In this document: in pieces, positions 47,016 through 55,256 of the stretch
Position numbering within the stretch: position 1 is the first letter of the stretch
Layout of the letters: each line of letters begins with the position of its first letter
IMG/VR virus record: IMGVR_UViG_3300037100_000032
Location: 1 to 55,256 of that record
Strand: one strand, 5' to 3'
Source: a virus
Taxonomy: Duplodnaviria > Caudoviricetes
DNA: 55,256 nt
Translations under genes and position numbers: made by a program
Notes under the pieces: model-generated
Database searches by the model: none
Seen by the model: only the letters and a program-made list of their open reading frames with translations
Told to the model about the DNA's origin: nothing

Positions 47016-47315
47016 ATGCAAGAACTCAAAGATGATTTGAAGTTCGTCAAAGAATCTCTGCGAGTCTTGGAACAAACTGTTGTTGCTTATAGAGCGGAAT
47101 TGACAGACACGCGCAGAGAGATTGCGTCTTACTCCGAAAGTGTCAGGAACTTGAACATTGATGAAATCGTACAGAGGGTCAGCATGCAGATCATGGCTGA
47201 ATTCTACAAAGAGGTTGGCAAGGCTGTTGTGAAACGAGTGCTCACTATGATTGGCATTGCCGGGTTTTTCTTTGGTTGCTGGTTGATTGGAACTGGCCGC
47301 TGGAAAATACAATGA
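47016..47315 (+). CDS. Membrane-anchored coiled-coil protein, possible holin
   Basis: C-terminal TM; directly precedes lysin. Confidence 0.5.
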   Translation: MQELKDDLKFVKESLRVLEQTVVAYRAELTDTRREIASYSESVRNLNIDEIVQRVSMQIMAEFYKEVGKAVVKRVLTMIGIAGFFFGCWLIGTGRWKIQ

Positions 47316-47773
47316 GCTATCTTGGCGCCGCCGGGCCGTACTTAAAGCTCCTTAATGATGCTGAGGAGCACTACGGCATTCCGACGAACCTGCTTGTGCG
47401 GATCGCCTATCAGGAGTCGTCGTTCAGGCCCGACGTGATCAGCGGGCTTGTGCGCTCGTCAGCCGGCTGCGTCGGCATCATGCAGCTAAATCCCATGTAC
47501 TTCCCAAACGCCGGCAAGTCCACCGCACTTGATATCTCAAATGCCGCGCAGTTGCTTGCCAATCTTCACGCGCGCTTCCGCGACTGGCAGCTCGCGGTGG
47601 CCGCGTACAACTGGGGCGGCGGGGATCTGCATCACGCGATTGCGGTGGACGGCGGCGTCACGCTTGATGATTTGCCTGCTGAGACGGCCGCGTACGTGCG
47701 CGCGATCTTTACTGATGTGCCCATCACGGGCGTCTTGATGCCGGTTGTATCCGGCGCTACGGAATTCGCATGA
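47312..47773 (+). CDS. Lytic transglycosylase (SLT), probable endolysin
   Basis: QESS, GIMQL, AAYNWG, ET..YV. Confidence 0.92.
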   Translation: MSYLGAAGPYLKLLNDAEEHYGIPTNLLVRIAYQESSFRPDVISGLVRSSAGCVGIMQLNPMYFPNAGKSTALDISNAAQLLANLHARFRDWQLAVAAYNWGGGDLHHAIAVDGGVTLDDLPAETAAYVRAIFTDVPITGVLMPVVSGATEFA

Positions 47774-48156
47774 GCGGTCTCCCGGCGGCCTACAACATCA
47801 TGATCTATCAGGGGCAGACCCTGAGCCTCACGTTCGTGTGGACGACGGGAACCTGTGGATGCACGTATCCGCCGACCATCCCGGTAGGTCAAATTCAGAC
47901 GCCGGTAGATTTGACGGGCTATACCGCAACCATGCAGTTTCGAGCGTATGCGGGCGGCACGCTGCTGATTGATGTCTCGCAATACATCACATTGGGCGGC
48001 ACGGCGGGCACGATCGCGCTGTTGATTCCAGACAACGTCACTGAGAGCTTCACGTGGTTTGCTGGTTTCTATGACCTCTTCCTGACCAGCTCGTCACAAT
48101 TTGCAACGCCGCTCATTGCGGGAACTGTAACCGTTACCCCGTCGGTGAGCACATGA
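47770..48156 (+). CDS. Fibre adaptor protein
   Basis: [27 protein letters not shown]. Confidence 0.75.
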   Translation: MSGLPAAYNIMIYQGQTLSLTFVWTTGTCGCTYPPTIPVGQIQTPVDLTGYTATMQFRAYAGGTLLIDVSQYITLGGTAGTIALLIPDNVTESFTWFAGFYDLFLTSSSQFATPLIAGTVTVTPSVST

Positions 48157-51100
48157 GCGTCACGGTCACTGAGATCACTGCCAATCTGATTCAGGTCAAT
48201 ACGCCGGGACCGCAGGGGCCTACGGGTCCGATCGGCAATGTAGGGCCGACTGGGGCGCAAGGCGTCACGGGCGCAACGGGACCGACGGGCGCTACAGGGG
48301 CTACTGCTGCCACAGGGCCAACGGGCCCAACCGGACCCATGGGCGTAACTGGACCTGGAGGCACGGGACCTACCGGTCCCACGGGCGTTGGCAGTACGGG
48401 TCCCACGGGCGTAACCGGACCCAGCGGCACCGGGCCCACAGGGGCTACGGGAGCAACCGGACCTACTGGCCCTACTGGCGTGACGGGTCCCAGCGGCACC
48501 GGGCCGACTGGCGCTACCGGCCCCACCGGCGCAGGTGCCATGGGTCCGACAGGACCCTCTGGTGGACCGACGGGACCTACGGGACCTACCGGCGCTAGTG
48601 GTACCGGCCCGACCGGCGCTACCGGTCCACAGGGCATTGCAGGTGCCCAAGGTAATCCTGGTGCGCCGGGCGCCACGGGTCCCACCGGTGCGCAGGGTGT
48701 GACTGGTCCGACTGGCGTCGCAGGGAATCCAGGTGCTGCTGGCGCAAGGGGTGTGACCGGCCCCACCGGCGCAGGGGGTGCGCCCGGTGCCAACGGTGCG
48801 ACAGGTCCCACTGGCGCCCCAGGCGCAGCAGGTGCCACTGGACCCACAGGGGCCGTGGGCTCCACGGGTCCGCTTGGGCCGACGGGTCCCACGGGTTTGA
48901 ATTTTGACCTCAAGATCGGCGGCGCCAACACGCTCGGTACCACGTCGCTGATCTCAACGGGCACGGCGCAGTTTGCGGGCGGGTCAAATATAACGCTGTC
49001 TCAGTCGGGTAACAGCATCTCAATTATTGGCGCGTCTGGCGGCGGCGTTGGCATATCAATCGGTAGCAACACCGCCGGCACGCCATCGCTGCTGACCGGC
49101 GGCACGGTGTTGTTCGCGGGTGGCAACAACATTACGCTGGCGCAGTCGTCAAACTCGATCTCCATCATTGGCGCTGCGGCCGGGACTGCAGGACAGACCA
49201 GCGGCGGCATTTTCGGCCTTGGCAATCTCACGGGTTCCTCAAGCGGCACGTATGCCTTAAGCGGCCTGAATCTGTCGGCGGCGGGGCTAGTGTCTGGTGG
49301 CTGGAATTCCAACACGTTCTATCTGTCATCGCCTGCGACCACAGGGATCAGTCAGTCGGTGTATGCGCTGGGTTCGCAGACAACTAATGCCAGTTCCGGT
49401 ACTGCGGCGATTGGGTCGCTTGGGTTGTCTGCCATCGGCAACGTGACGGTGGGAGTGTCCAGCGGCGCAGTTGTTATTAAAGCTCCGCCGCAGGCGATTC
49501 TCAATTTTACCGGCTTATATGCGACTTTGACCAGCACTTATCCCGCCTCCAGCTATCTGCATTACATCGCTTTCACGACCGATCAGGGCACGCTGTATTC
49601 AAACGGCACCTCGTGGTTGCCAATCAGTTCGTTGACTGCTGCGTCCATTACGGGCTTGCCAACCGGCACGCCGCCACTGAGCGGGACCGAAGCGATCCCG
49701 ATGGTGCAGGGCAGTCCCGGTGCTTTAGTTGAGCTGCCTTCGCAGTGGTTTTTCAAACCAGCCAATTCGTATGTGATCTACCCGTCTGGTGACACCTCGG
49801 GGAACACCGACTACACAAACATTACCAGTTGCTTTAACACAGTCAGCGGCATCACCGGGCCAGGCGGCAAGGCTATCTACTTTGCAGGCGGACAATGGTA
49901 CATCAACGCCAAAGTAGTGTTTGTCATCACAGAGTACAACCTGCTTTATCCGATCCAACTCATTGGCATTGGTTACGTCAACATTCAGCAGACGCAAGAC
50001 AATACCGGAAACATGGAGTTGCAGTTCACGTATGGCTCCACGAGCGCGTCAAACTACGGCGCCGTTCGGAATTTCATGTATAGCTGGAAAAATCAGCAGA
50101 CTGCCAGCATGACCAATTCGGTGTGTCTTGGAATGAGGGCGCTTATCGGCAGCACCAACACGTCTGCGTTCGGTCCCCAAAACTGGGAGTTTACAGATCT
50201 TCAATTTCAAGGCGGCAACCGGGGGTGGTCCATCACTGAAACGGTCGTTCCGTTTGAGGTTTCTGGCGCGCACTTTAGTCGGTGTCACAGCAATCTGCTA
50301 GCGGGCGCCGCTATTCATTGGGTTTCTAATGGCGGCGGAGGACAACCATCGGGTTCCATTGAATACTCGATTTTTGCGCAGCCTTACACCGGCGGCGGCG
50401 GCGGCATCGCTCCTTACGAGCCTTTGATCAATGTGTCCAATTGCGAAAACTTGGTGTTTTTGGGCGTTGAAGTCTTAAACGTGCAAAACCAGCAAACCTA
50501 CAACGTCTTGTCTTGCGACAACGTCAATTGGATCTCATGCAAGAATGAACAGTCCGTATACACCGGTAACAACACGGGAGGCACGATCCCGATCATCAAT
50601 GCTTCCAACTCAAGCGGTTGCATTGACTACACGCTGAACGGCGAGTTCATAGGATTGGGTGGCGAATATCCACCGACGTTTCTAAAGCTGTCCAACACCT
50701 CAACGGGTGGCAGCACCATGGTTATCAAGCAGCTCGTCATCGGGTCTGCGGATGCTTGGCCAGGCTCAACCGACAGAACTCAGCCGACGCTTGCCGGGAC
50801 TGCGACTTTCGGTATCTACAATCCACAGATCGGTATCTACAATTGCCAGTTTTTGCCAGGGCAACAAATTACATTTACCACCACGGTTGGCAACATTTCG
50901 TCTGCCAACACCTATACCGTGGTCACATCAGTTCTCACGGCAACACAATCATATTTTACAATTTCGTTGAGCGGCACTGGCGTCACTCCCAGCATGACCG
51001 GCATGTCTGATTGCCACGTGGTTTACGGCACGCTGTATTTGGCGCAATCCAGCGCTGCGAGTACCGGCATGGTACAAGTTCTATCCGCACCATCAATTCA

Positions 51101-51533
51101 AGACGGTTCTGGATCGCTCGCTTACACCTTCAGCTATTGCAACAGCGGCAACAGCGGCAACAGCCAAGACCAAATTCAATTCGTTCGCAATCCCGGCGGC
51201 ATCACGGGAGCGGATCAGAGCAACTCAACCTTTACGGTACTTGGGCAGACGCAGCCAGAAATATGTTTGATCAATAAGTTGCTCACTGGCCCGATGACAA
51301 TTACGTTCGGCAGTTCGGGAACATACGAAGACAACTACACGCAGGGCATGCGCGTGCGAGTAGTAGTCACAGCCGCTGCGGGTGCTGGCGGCGGGACGGG
51401 AGGAGCCAACGTCGTCAACATTGCGGGCGGGGGCGCTCCGACAACCAAAACCATTAGCGCCACCGGCTGGTCTGAATGGACCTACACGGGTTCCATTGCC
51501 GGCTGGGTTGAAACAGGATTCGGGTCACTATAA
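48153..51533 (+). CDS. Collagen-like fibre protein 2 with beta-helix-like C-terminal region
   Basis: ~230 aa Gly-X-Y; blocks paralogous to fibre 1; [10 protein letters not shown] then beta-helix pattern. Confidence 0.88.
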   Translation: MSVTVTEITANLIQVNTPGPQGPTGPIGNVGPTGAQGVTGATGPTGATGATAATGPTGPTGPMGVTGPGGTGPTGPTGVGSTGPTGVTGPSGTGPTGATGATGPTGPTGVTGPSGTGPTGATGPTGAGAMGPTGPSGGPTGPTGPTGASGTGPTGATGPQGIAGAQGNPGAPGATGPTGAQGVTGPTGVAGNPGAAGARGVTGPTGAGGAPGANGATGPTGAPGAAGATGPTGAVGSTGPLGPTGPTGLNFDLKIGGANTLGTTSLISTGTAQFAGGSNITLSQSGNSISIIGASGGGVGISIGSNTAGTPSLLTGGTVLFAGGNNITLAQSSNSISIIGAAAGTAGQTSGGIFGLGNLTGSSSGTYALSGLNLSAAGLVSGGWNSNTFYLSSPATTGISQSVYALGSQTTNASSGTAAIGSLGLSAIGNVTVGVSSGAVVIKAPPQAILNFTGLYATLTSTYPASSYLHYIAFTTDQGTLYSNGTSWLPISSLTAASITGLPTGTPPLSGTEAIPMVQGSPGALVELPSQWFFKPANSYVIYPSGDTSGNTDYTNITSCFNTVSGITGPGGKAIYFAGGQWYINAKVVFVITEYNLLYPIQLIGIGYVNIQQTQDNTGNMELQFTYGSTSASNYGAVRNFMYSWKNQQTASMTNSVCLGMRALIGSTNTSAFGPQNWEFTDLQFQGGNRGWSITETVVPFEVSGAHFSRCHSNLLAGAAIHWVSNGGGGQPSGSIEYSIFAQPYTGGGGGIAPYEPLINVSNCENLVFLGVEVLNVQNQQTYNVLSCDNVNWISCKNEQSVYTGNNTGGTIPIINASNSSGCIDYTLNGEFIGLGGEYPPTFLKLSNTSTGGSTMVIKQLVIGSADAWPGSTDRTQPTLAGTATFGIYNPQIGIYNCQFLPGQQITFTTTVGNISSANTYTVVTSVLTATQSYFTISLSGTGVTPSMTGMSDCHVVYGTLYLAQSSAASTGMVQVLSAPSIQDGSGSLAYTFSYCNSGNSGNSQDQIQFVRNPGGITGADQSNSTFTVLGQTQPEICLINKLLTGPMTITFGSSGTYEDNYTQGMRVRVVVTAAAGAGGGTGGANVVNIAGGGAPTTKTISATGWSEWTYTGSIAGWVETGFGSL

Positions 51534-52591
51534 TGAAAATCGCCGTCTACGCCATCGCCAAGAATGAATCCCAATTCGTGCAACGCTTCGTCGCCTCCGC
51601 GCACGAGGCCGACACGATCGTGGTTGCCGATACCGGATCGACCGACAACACGGTTGCGCTGCTAAAGGCCGCTGGCTGCGTCGTGCATCACATCAACATC
51701 AACCCATGGCGCTTTGATGATGCGCGAAATGCGGTGTTGGCGTTGTTGCCAACGGACATTGATGTATGCGTGTCGCTGGATCTGGACGAAGTGCTCGTCG
51801 GCGGATGGCGAGAAGAGATTGAGCGCGTATGGAAGTCAAATACCACAAGGATGTTTTATGGATATGACTGGGGTTCGGGTGTCGTGTTTCAACGTGAGAA
51901 GTTTCACGCACGCAAGGGATATCGGTGGCGCAATGCGTGTCACGAATTACCCGTTGTAGACCGTATTCAAGAAGTCTGTGTTCATACCGATACGTTACTG
52001 GTTGTTCACAAGCCAGATGAGTCAAAGCCGCGCAGCCAATACTTGGATCTCTTGCGTGTCGCAATCACTGAAGATCCTCAAGATTCATCCATCGCATTTT
52101 ACTACGGAAGAGAATTGTACTTCTATGGGAACTGGCAGCAGTCAATCAATGAATGCTTAAGGGCGCTTGCTCTACCCGGATGCACTTGGGAGCACGAGCG
52201 CTGCTACGCATACAGGATTATCGGCAAGTGCTATCAAGAGATGGGTCGTTGGGATGATGCGTTGAAGTCGTATCGCCTGGCTTGCATTGAAGCACCGAAC
52301 ACTCGAGAGCCGTGGCATGCAATAGCAAAGTGCTGCTACGAACTCAAACGGTGGACAGAATGTCTTGGCGCTTGCCTTAACTGTCTTTCAATCACTCAGC
52401 GCCTGCTGATTTACACGTGCGACCCGGAACCGTGGGGCTGGTCGCCGCACGATCTTGCGTCCATCGCCGCATACAACTTAGGTATGTATGAGTTGGCCAA
52501 CGAGCATGCCAAGAAGGCTGTGGAACTGGAACCGGCTGATTTACGTCTCCGACAAAACCTTGAATTTTGCCAACAGAAGGTCGCCGCATGA
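51533..52591 (+). CDS. GT2 glycosyltransferase + TPR
   Basis: VYAIAKNE, DTGSTD, FD.ARN, LDLDE, HE, FYYGRE. Confidence 0.92.
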   Translation: MKIAVYAIAKNESQFVQRFVASAHEADTIVVADTGSTDNTVALLKAAGCVVHHININPWRFDDARNAVLALLPTDIDVCVSLDLDEVLVGGWREEIERVWKSNTTRMFYGYDWGSGVVFQREKFHARKGYRWRNACHELPVVDRIQEVCVHTDTLLVVHKPDESKPRSQYLDLLRVAITEDPQDSSIAFYYGRELYFYGNWQQSINECLRALALPGCTWEHERCYAYRIIGKCYQEMGRWDDALKSYRLACIEAPNTREPWHAIAKCCYELKRWTECLGACLNCLSITQRLLIYTCDPEPWGWSPHDLASIAAYNLGMYELANEHAKKAVELEPADLRLRQNLEFCQQKVAA

Positions 52592-53664
52592 AAACAGTGT
52601 GTCTCAACATGATCGTCAAGAATGAGTCAGCTAACATCTTGCGATGCTTGCAGTCGGTCGTATCCTATATCTCGGCTTGGGTGATTTGCGATACGGGTTC
52701 TACGGACGGCACGCAGGAAATCATTAAAGAGTTTTTTGAGAAGTGCCGCATACCGGGCGAGTTGCACGAGTTTGAGTTTGCGGACTTCGCGCAGGCTCGG
52801 AATCAAGCGCTGGATGCGGCACAGACAGCGAACCTTGATTTTGACTACATCTTGTTTGCGGACGCCGACATGGAGTTGATCTCGTCGCCGTTTGCTTTTG
52901 CCGCGCTGACGGCTGAATGCTATTCACTTCGTCAGGACAACGTCATTGCGTATTGGAACACCCGACTGATCCGCCGATATACAGATGCAACCTACGTGGG
53001 CGTTACTCATGAGTATATGAAGACGACGGCATGGCCCGTGCAATTAGCCGGCGCACATTTCATTGATCACGCGGACGGTGCCAACCGGGGCGACAAGTTC
53101 GCGCGAGACATTTTGCTGCTAGCCAATGGTCTCAAAAACGAACCTGACAATGCTCGCTATGCTTTTTATCTTGCGCAAAGCCAGATGGATGCCGGCCAAT
53201 TGGATGGTGCGATAGCCGCATATAAGTATCGCATTACATTGGGTGGCTTTGATGAAGAAGTCTTCTACTCCATGCTCAAGATCGCGAGCATGTCCGAACG
53301 TCTTGGCAAAGATCCGGTAGGCGAATACTTGGATGCTTATAGTTATAGGCCCACTCGAGCAGAACCGCTCGTGGAATTGGCGCGGTGGCATCGTGAGAAA
53401 AGCGAATACTCAACGGCGCTTCTGTACGCCCGTGCCGCCGCGCAGATCAAATACCCGGCTGATCATCTGTTCGTGGACATCGCATCCCATACGTGGAAAC
53501 CTTGGGATGAGATTGCGATCTCGGCGTGGTACTGCGGCGCGCATGAGGAAGGCAAGGCCGCTTCCGACAAGTTGCTTAAAGATAAGAAGTACCCGGCATC
53601 CGAGTACGCGCGCATCGTAAAGAACTATCAGTTCTATTCACCAGCGGTGACTGAGGCCGCATGA
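52588..53664 (+). CDS. GT2 glycosyltransferase + TPR
   Basis: LNMIVKNE, DTGSTDGT, FA.ARN, DAD, THE, FYLAQS, RPTRAEP. Confidence 0.92.
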   Translation: MKTVCLNMIVKNESANILRCLQSVVSYISAWVICDTGSTDGTQEIIKEFFEKCRIPGELHEFEFADFAQARNQALDAAQTANLDFDYILFADADMELISSPFAFAALTAECYSLRQDNVIAYWNTRLIRRYTDATYVGVTHEYMKTTAWPVQLAGAHFIDHADGANRGDKFARDILLLANGLKNEPDNARYAFYLAQSQMDAGQLDGAIAAYKYRITLGGFDEEVFYSMLKIASMSERLGKDPVGEYLDAYSYRPTRAEPLVELARWHREKSEYSTALLYARAAAQIKYPADHLFVDIASHTWKPWDEIAISAWYCGAHEEGKAASDKLLKDKKYPASEYARIVKNYQFYSPAVTEAA

Positions 53665-54380
53665 GCTACGTCCCGCCGGCTGCGAACATCACAAGTACGT
53701 CGGGGACGTATAACTTCGCCCCGTCAATGGGCGAAACCGTGCTGTATTCGTATGGCCTCTGCGGTATCCGTCGTACCGCGCTCACGCAGCAGCACTTTCA
53801 AGATGCGCGCATGGCGGCCAACTTGCTCACCGGACGCTGGAGCAGCCAAGGCGTCAACCTCTGGGCGGTGGATCTTCAGTGCATCCAATTGGTTCAAGGA
53901 TGCGGAACGTATAGCGTTCCTATTAACACGATCGTGATTTTGGATGCGTATTTCACGATTAACAACGGCACCAGCAATACCGATCGCATCATGCTGCCGA
54001 TCAGCCGCTCTGAGTACGCCAGCTACACGGACAAGCAGGAACAGGGAGCGCCCACGGTATTTTGGTTTGACCGCCTGCTGTCGCCCACGGTGACGCTATG
54101 GCCGGTGCCTAACGGTCAACAAACGAGCTTTAAGTATTACCGGTTGCGTCAAGTGCAAGACTCGGTGCTGACTGGCGGCGCATCGCTTGAAATACCAGTG
54201 TACTTTTGGGATGCGTTTGCGTTCGGTCTTGCGTACCGGCTGGCGCTCATTTGGGCGAACGACCGCGCACCGATGCTGAAAACGCTAGCCGATGAGGCGT
54301 GGACGATCGCCAGCACGCAGAATGTGGAAACCTCATCGGTGTTCATCTCACCCACGCTGGGCGGGTATTTCAGGCCGTGA
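53661..54380 (+). CDS. Head-tail adaptor/connector protein
   Basis: TSGTYNF, W...GVNLW, ISRSEY..K..QG.P, LWPVP, GLAYRLA. Confidence 0.75.
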   Translation: MSYVPPAANITSTSGTYNFAPSMGETVLYSYGLCGIRRTALTQQHFQDARMAANLLTGRWSSQGVNLWAVDLQCIQLVQGCGTYSVPINTIVILDAYFTINNGTSNTDRIMLPISRSEYASYTDKQEQGAPTVFWFDRLLSPTVTLWPVPNGQQTSFKYYRLRQVQDSVLTGGASLEIPVYFWDAFAFGLAYRLALIWANDRAPMLKTLADEAWTIASTQNVETSSVFISPTLGGYFRP

Positions 54381-55210
54381 GTTACGCCAGTCGCAGCGGC
54401 AGGGCCAAAACATCCGCAACGCGACCGCAAGCGTTTGCGGTATGTCAGCGGTGTGGCCAGTGGTACAACCGCGCCTCATTGAAATTTCAGTTTGATTGGC
54501 GCGGACCCAAGATTGAGAACCTGTACATTTTGGTTTGTGGCCATTGTTACGATAAGCCGCAGGAACAGCTCCGCGCCATCACGCTGCCGGCAGATCCTGT
54601 GCCGATTTTCTACCCAAGCGTTGAGGACTTTGCGAATGCGGAGTCAGACTATCGAGCCGTGGCGTTCGCGCCTGCGACAGATCCGCGCACCGGATTGCCG
54701 ATCCCGTCGCACGACCTACGCACCACGACAGAGTGCCTGAACCGCACCACGATCCCGTACGGCGATCCGATTGGGCTGGATGCAAACTCGGTCATGCCGC
54801 TGCAGATCAACAACGGCATTCCGACTCATTACGACATTGTGCTGCCGGTGTTGTCGGTATTTTCTTACGATTGCCTTGTAACCGTGACGTGCTCGGCGGT
54901 TCACAACCTGCAGGCTAATCAACAAGTCGCCGTCGCTGGTATGACCAACGGCAATGGGTTCTACAGCGTGGCAGTGCCGACGGCGACGGTGTTCACATTT
55001 GAAACCGCGCAGCCATGCAGCCCTACTCTGACGAACACGACGCGCATGGTCACGACGAACGTCGGCCTCCCGCTCGGGTATTTGGACATTCCGCTGCCAT
55101 ACGGATACGCGATTCAACAGGTTATTCAAGACGCCATTGAGCTTGAGTCCGGCGCAGGCGGCTTTGAGCTTGAAGACGGCAGCGGCGTCATTTCATTGGA
55201 AGGCGGCTAA
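54377..55210 (+). CDS. Virion protein with N-terminal Cys4 motif
   Basis: A.AVCQRCG...LVCGHCYD.PQ; C-terminal IELESG..FELEDG..ISLE. Confidence 0.75.
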   Translation: MSYASRSGRAKTSATRPQAFAVCQRCGQWYNRASLKFQFDWRGPKIENLYILVCGHCYDKPQEQLRAITLPADPVPIFYPSVEDFANAESDYRAVAFAPATDPRTGLPIPSHDLRTTTECLNRTTIPYGDPIGLDANSVMPLQINNGIPTHYDIVLPVLSVFSYDCLVTVTCSAVHNLQANQQVAVAGMTNGNGFYSVAVPTATVFTFETAQPCSPTLTNTTRMVTTNVGLPLGYLDIPLPYGYAIQQVIQDAIELESGAGGFELEDGSGVISLEGG

Positions 55211-55256
55211 TGGCGAATACGACGATCCCGCAGTTACCAGCGGCTACCGGCGTCAT
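55210..55256 (+). CDS. Start of next structural gene (truncated by window)
   Basis: MANTTIPQLPAATGV; TAATG coupling. Confidence 0.65.
   Translation, partial: MANTTIPQLPAATGV

Noticed and set aside
38002-48964. Pro-rich antisense ORFs (38002, 39290, 48191)
   Set aside because: Mirror frames of Gly-rich and collagen repeats
35792-51533. Diversity-generating retroelement or invertible fibre cassette
   Set aside because: No reverse transcriptase or invertase in window; repeats are not adenine-specific variants

Overview
The whole window is one segment of a temperate tailed dsDNA phage, apparently in its excised form: an attP core (3' half of tRNA-Gly GCC) sits beside the integrase with phage genes on both sides. 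The host is probably a gamma/beta-proteobacterium (inference from tRNA sequence, CsrA, dif and sorting signal). Order: morons and xis/int/attP (0.7-4.7 kb); small genes incl. csrA, gp157, SSAP (4.8-8.5 kb); cro-like gene, helicase, methyltransferase moron, VRR-NUC, primase-VirE helicase (8.6-14.4 kb); a leftward array of small, mostly acidic early genes separated by conserved hairpin+RBS units (14.4-20.7 kb); a non-coding hub with inverted iterons, IHF site, XerCD dif-like site and a candidate sRNA (20.75-22 kb); a VPEID-CTERM-like moron; terS/terL/portal/GroES-like/scaffold/capsid (23.3-35.6 kb); about 18 kb of fibre, collagen, lectin, glycosyltransferase and methyltransferase genes; then head-tail genes running off the end. 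Most notable: (1) a TGTAGG-N6-C(T/C)(G/T)ACA GacA-like box shared by two morons and the capsid promoter, plus a phage CsrA; (2) a candidate anti-SD sRNA matching early-gene RBSs; (3) the covarying hairpin cassette array; (4) an xxGG-delimited putative head polyprotein; (5) a BclA-like collagen glycosylation module. All calls come from reading motifs by eye; no database searches were run.
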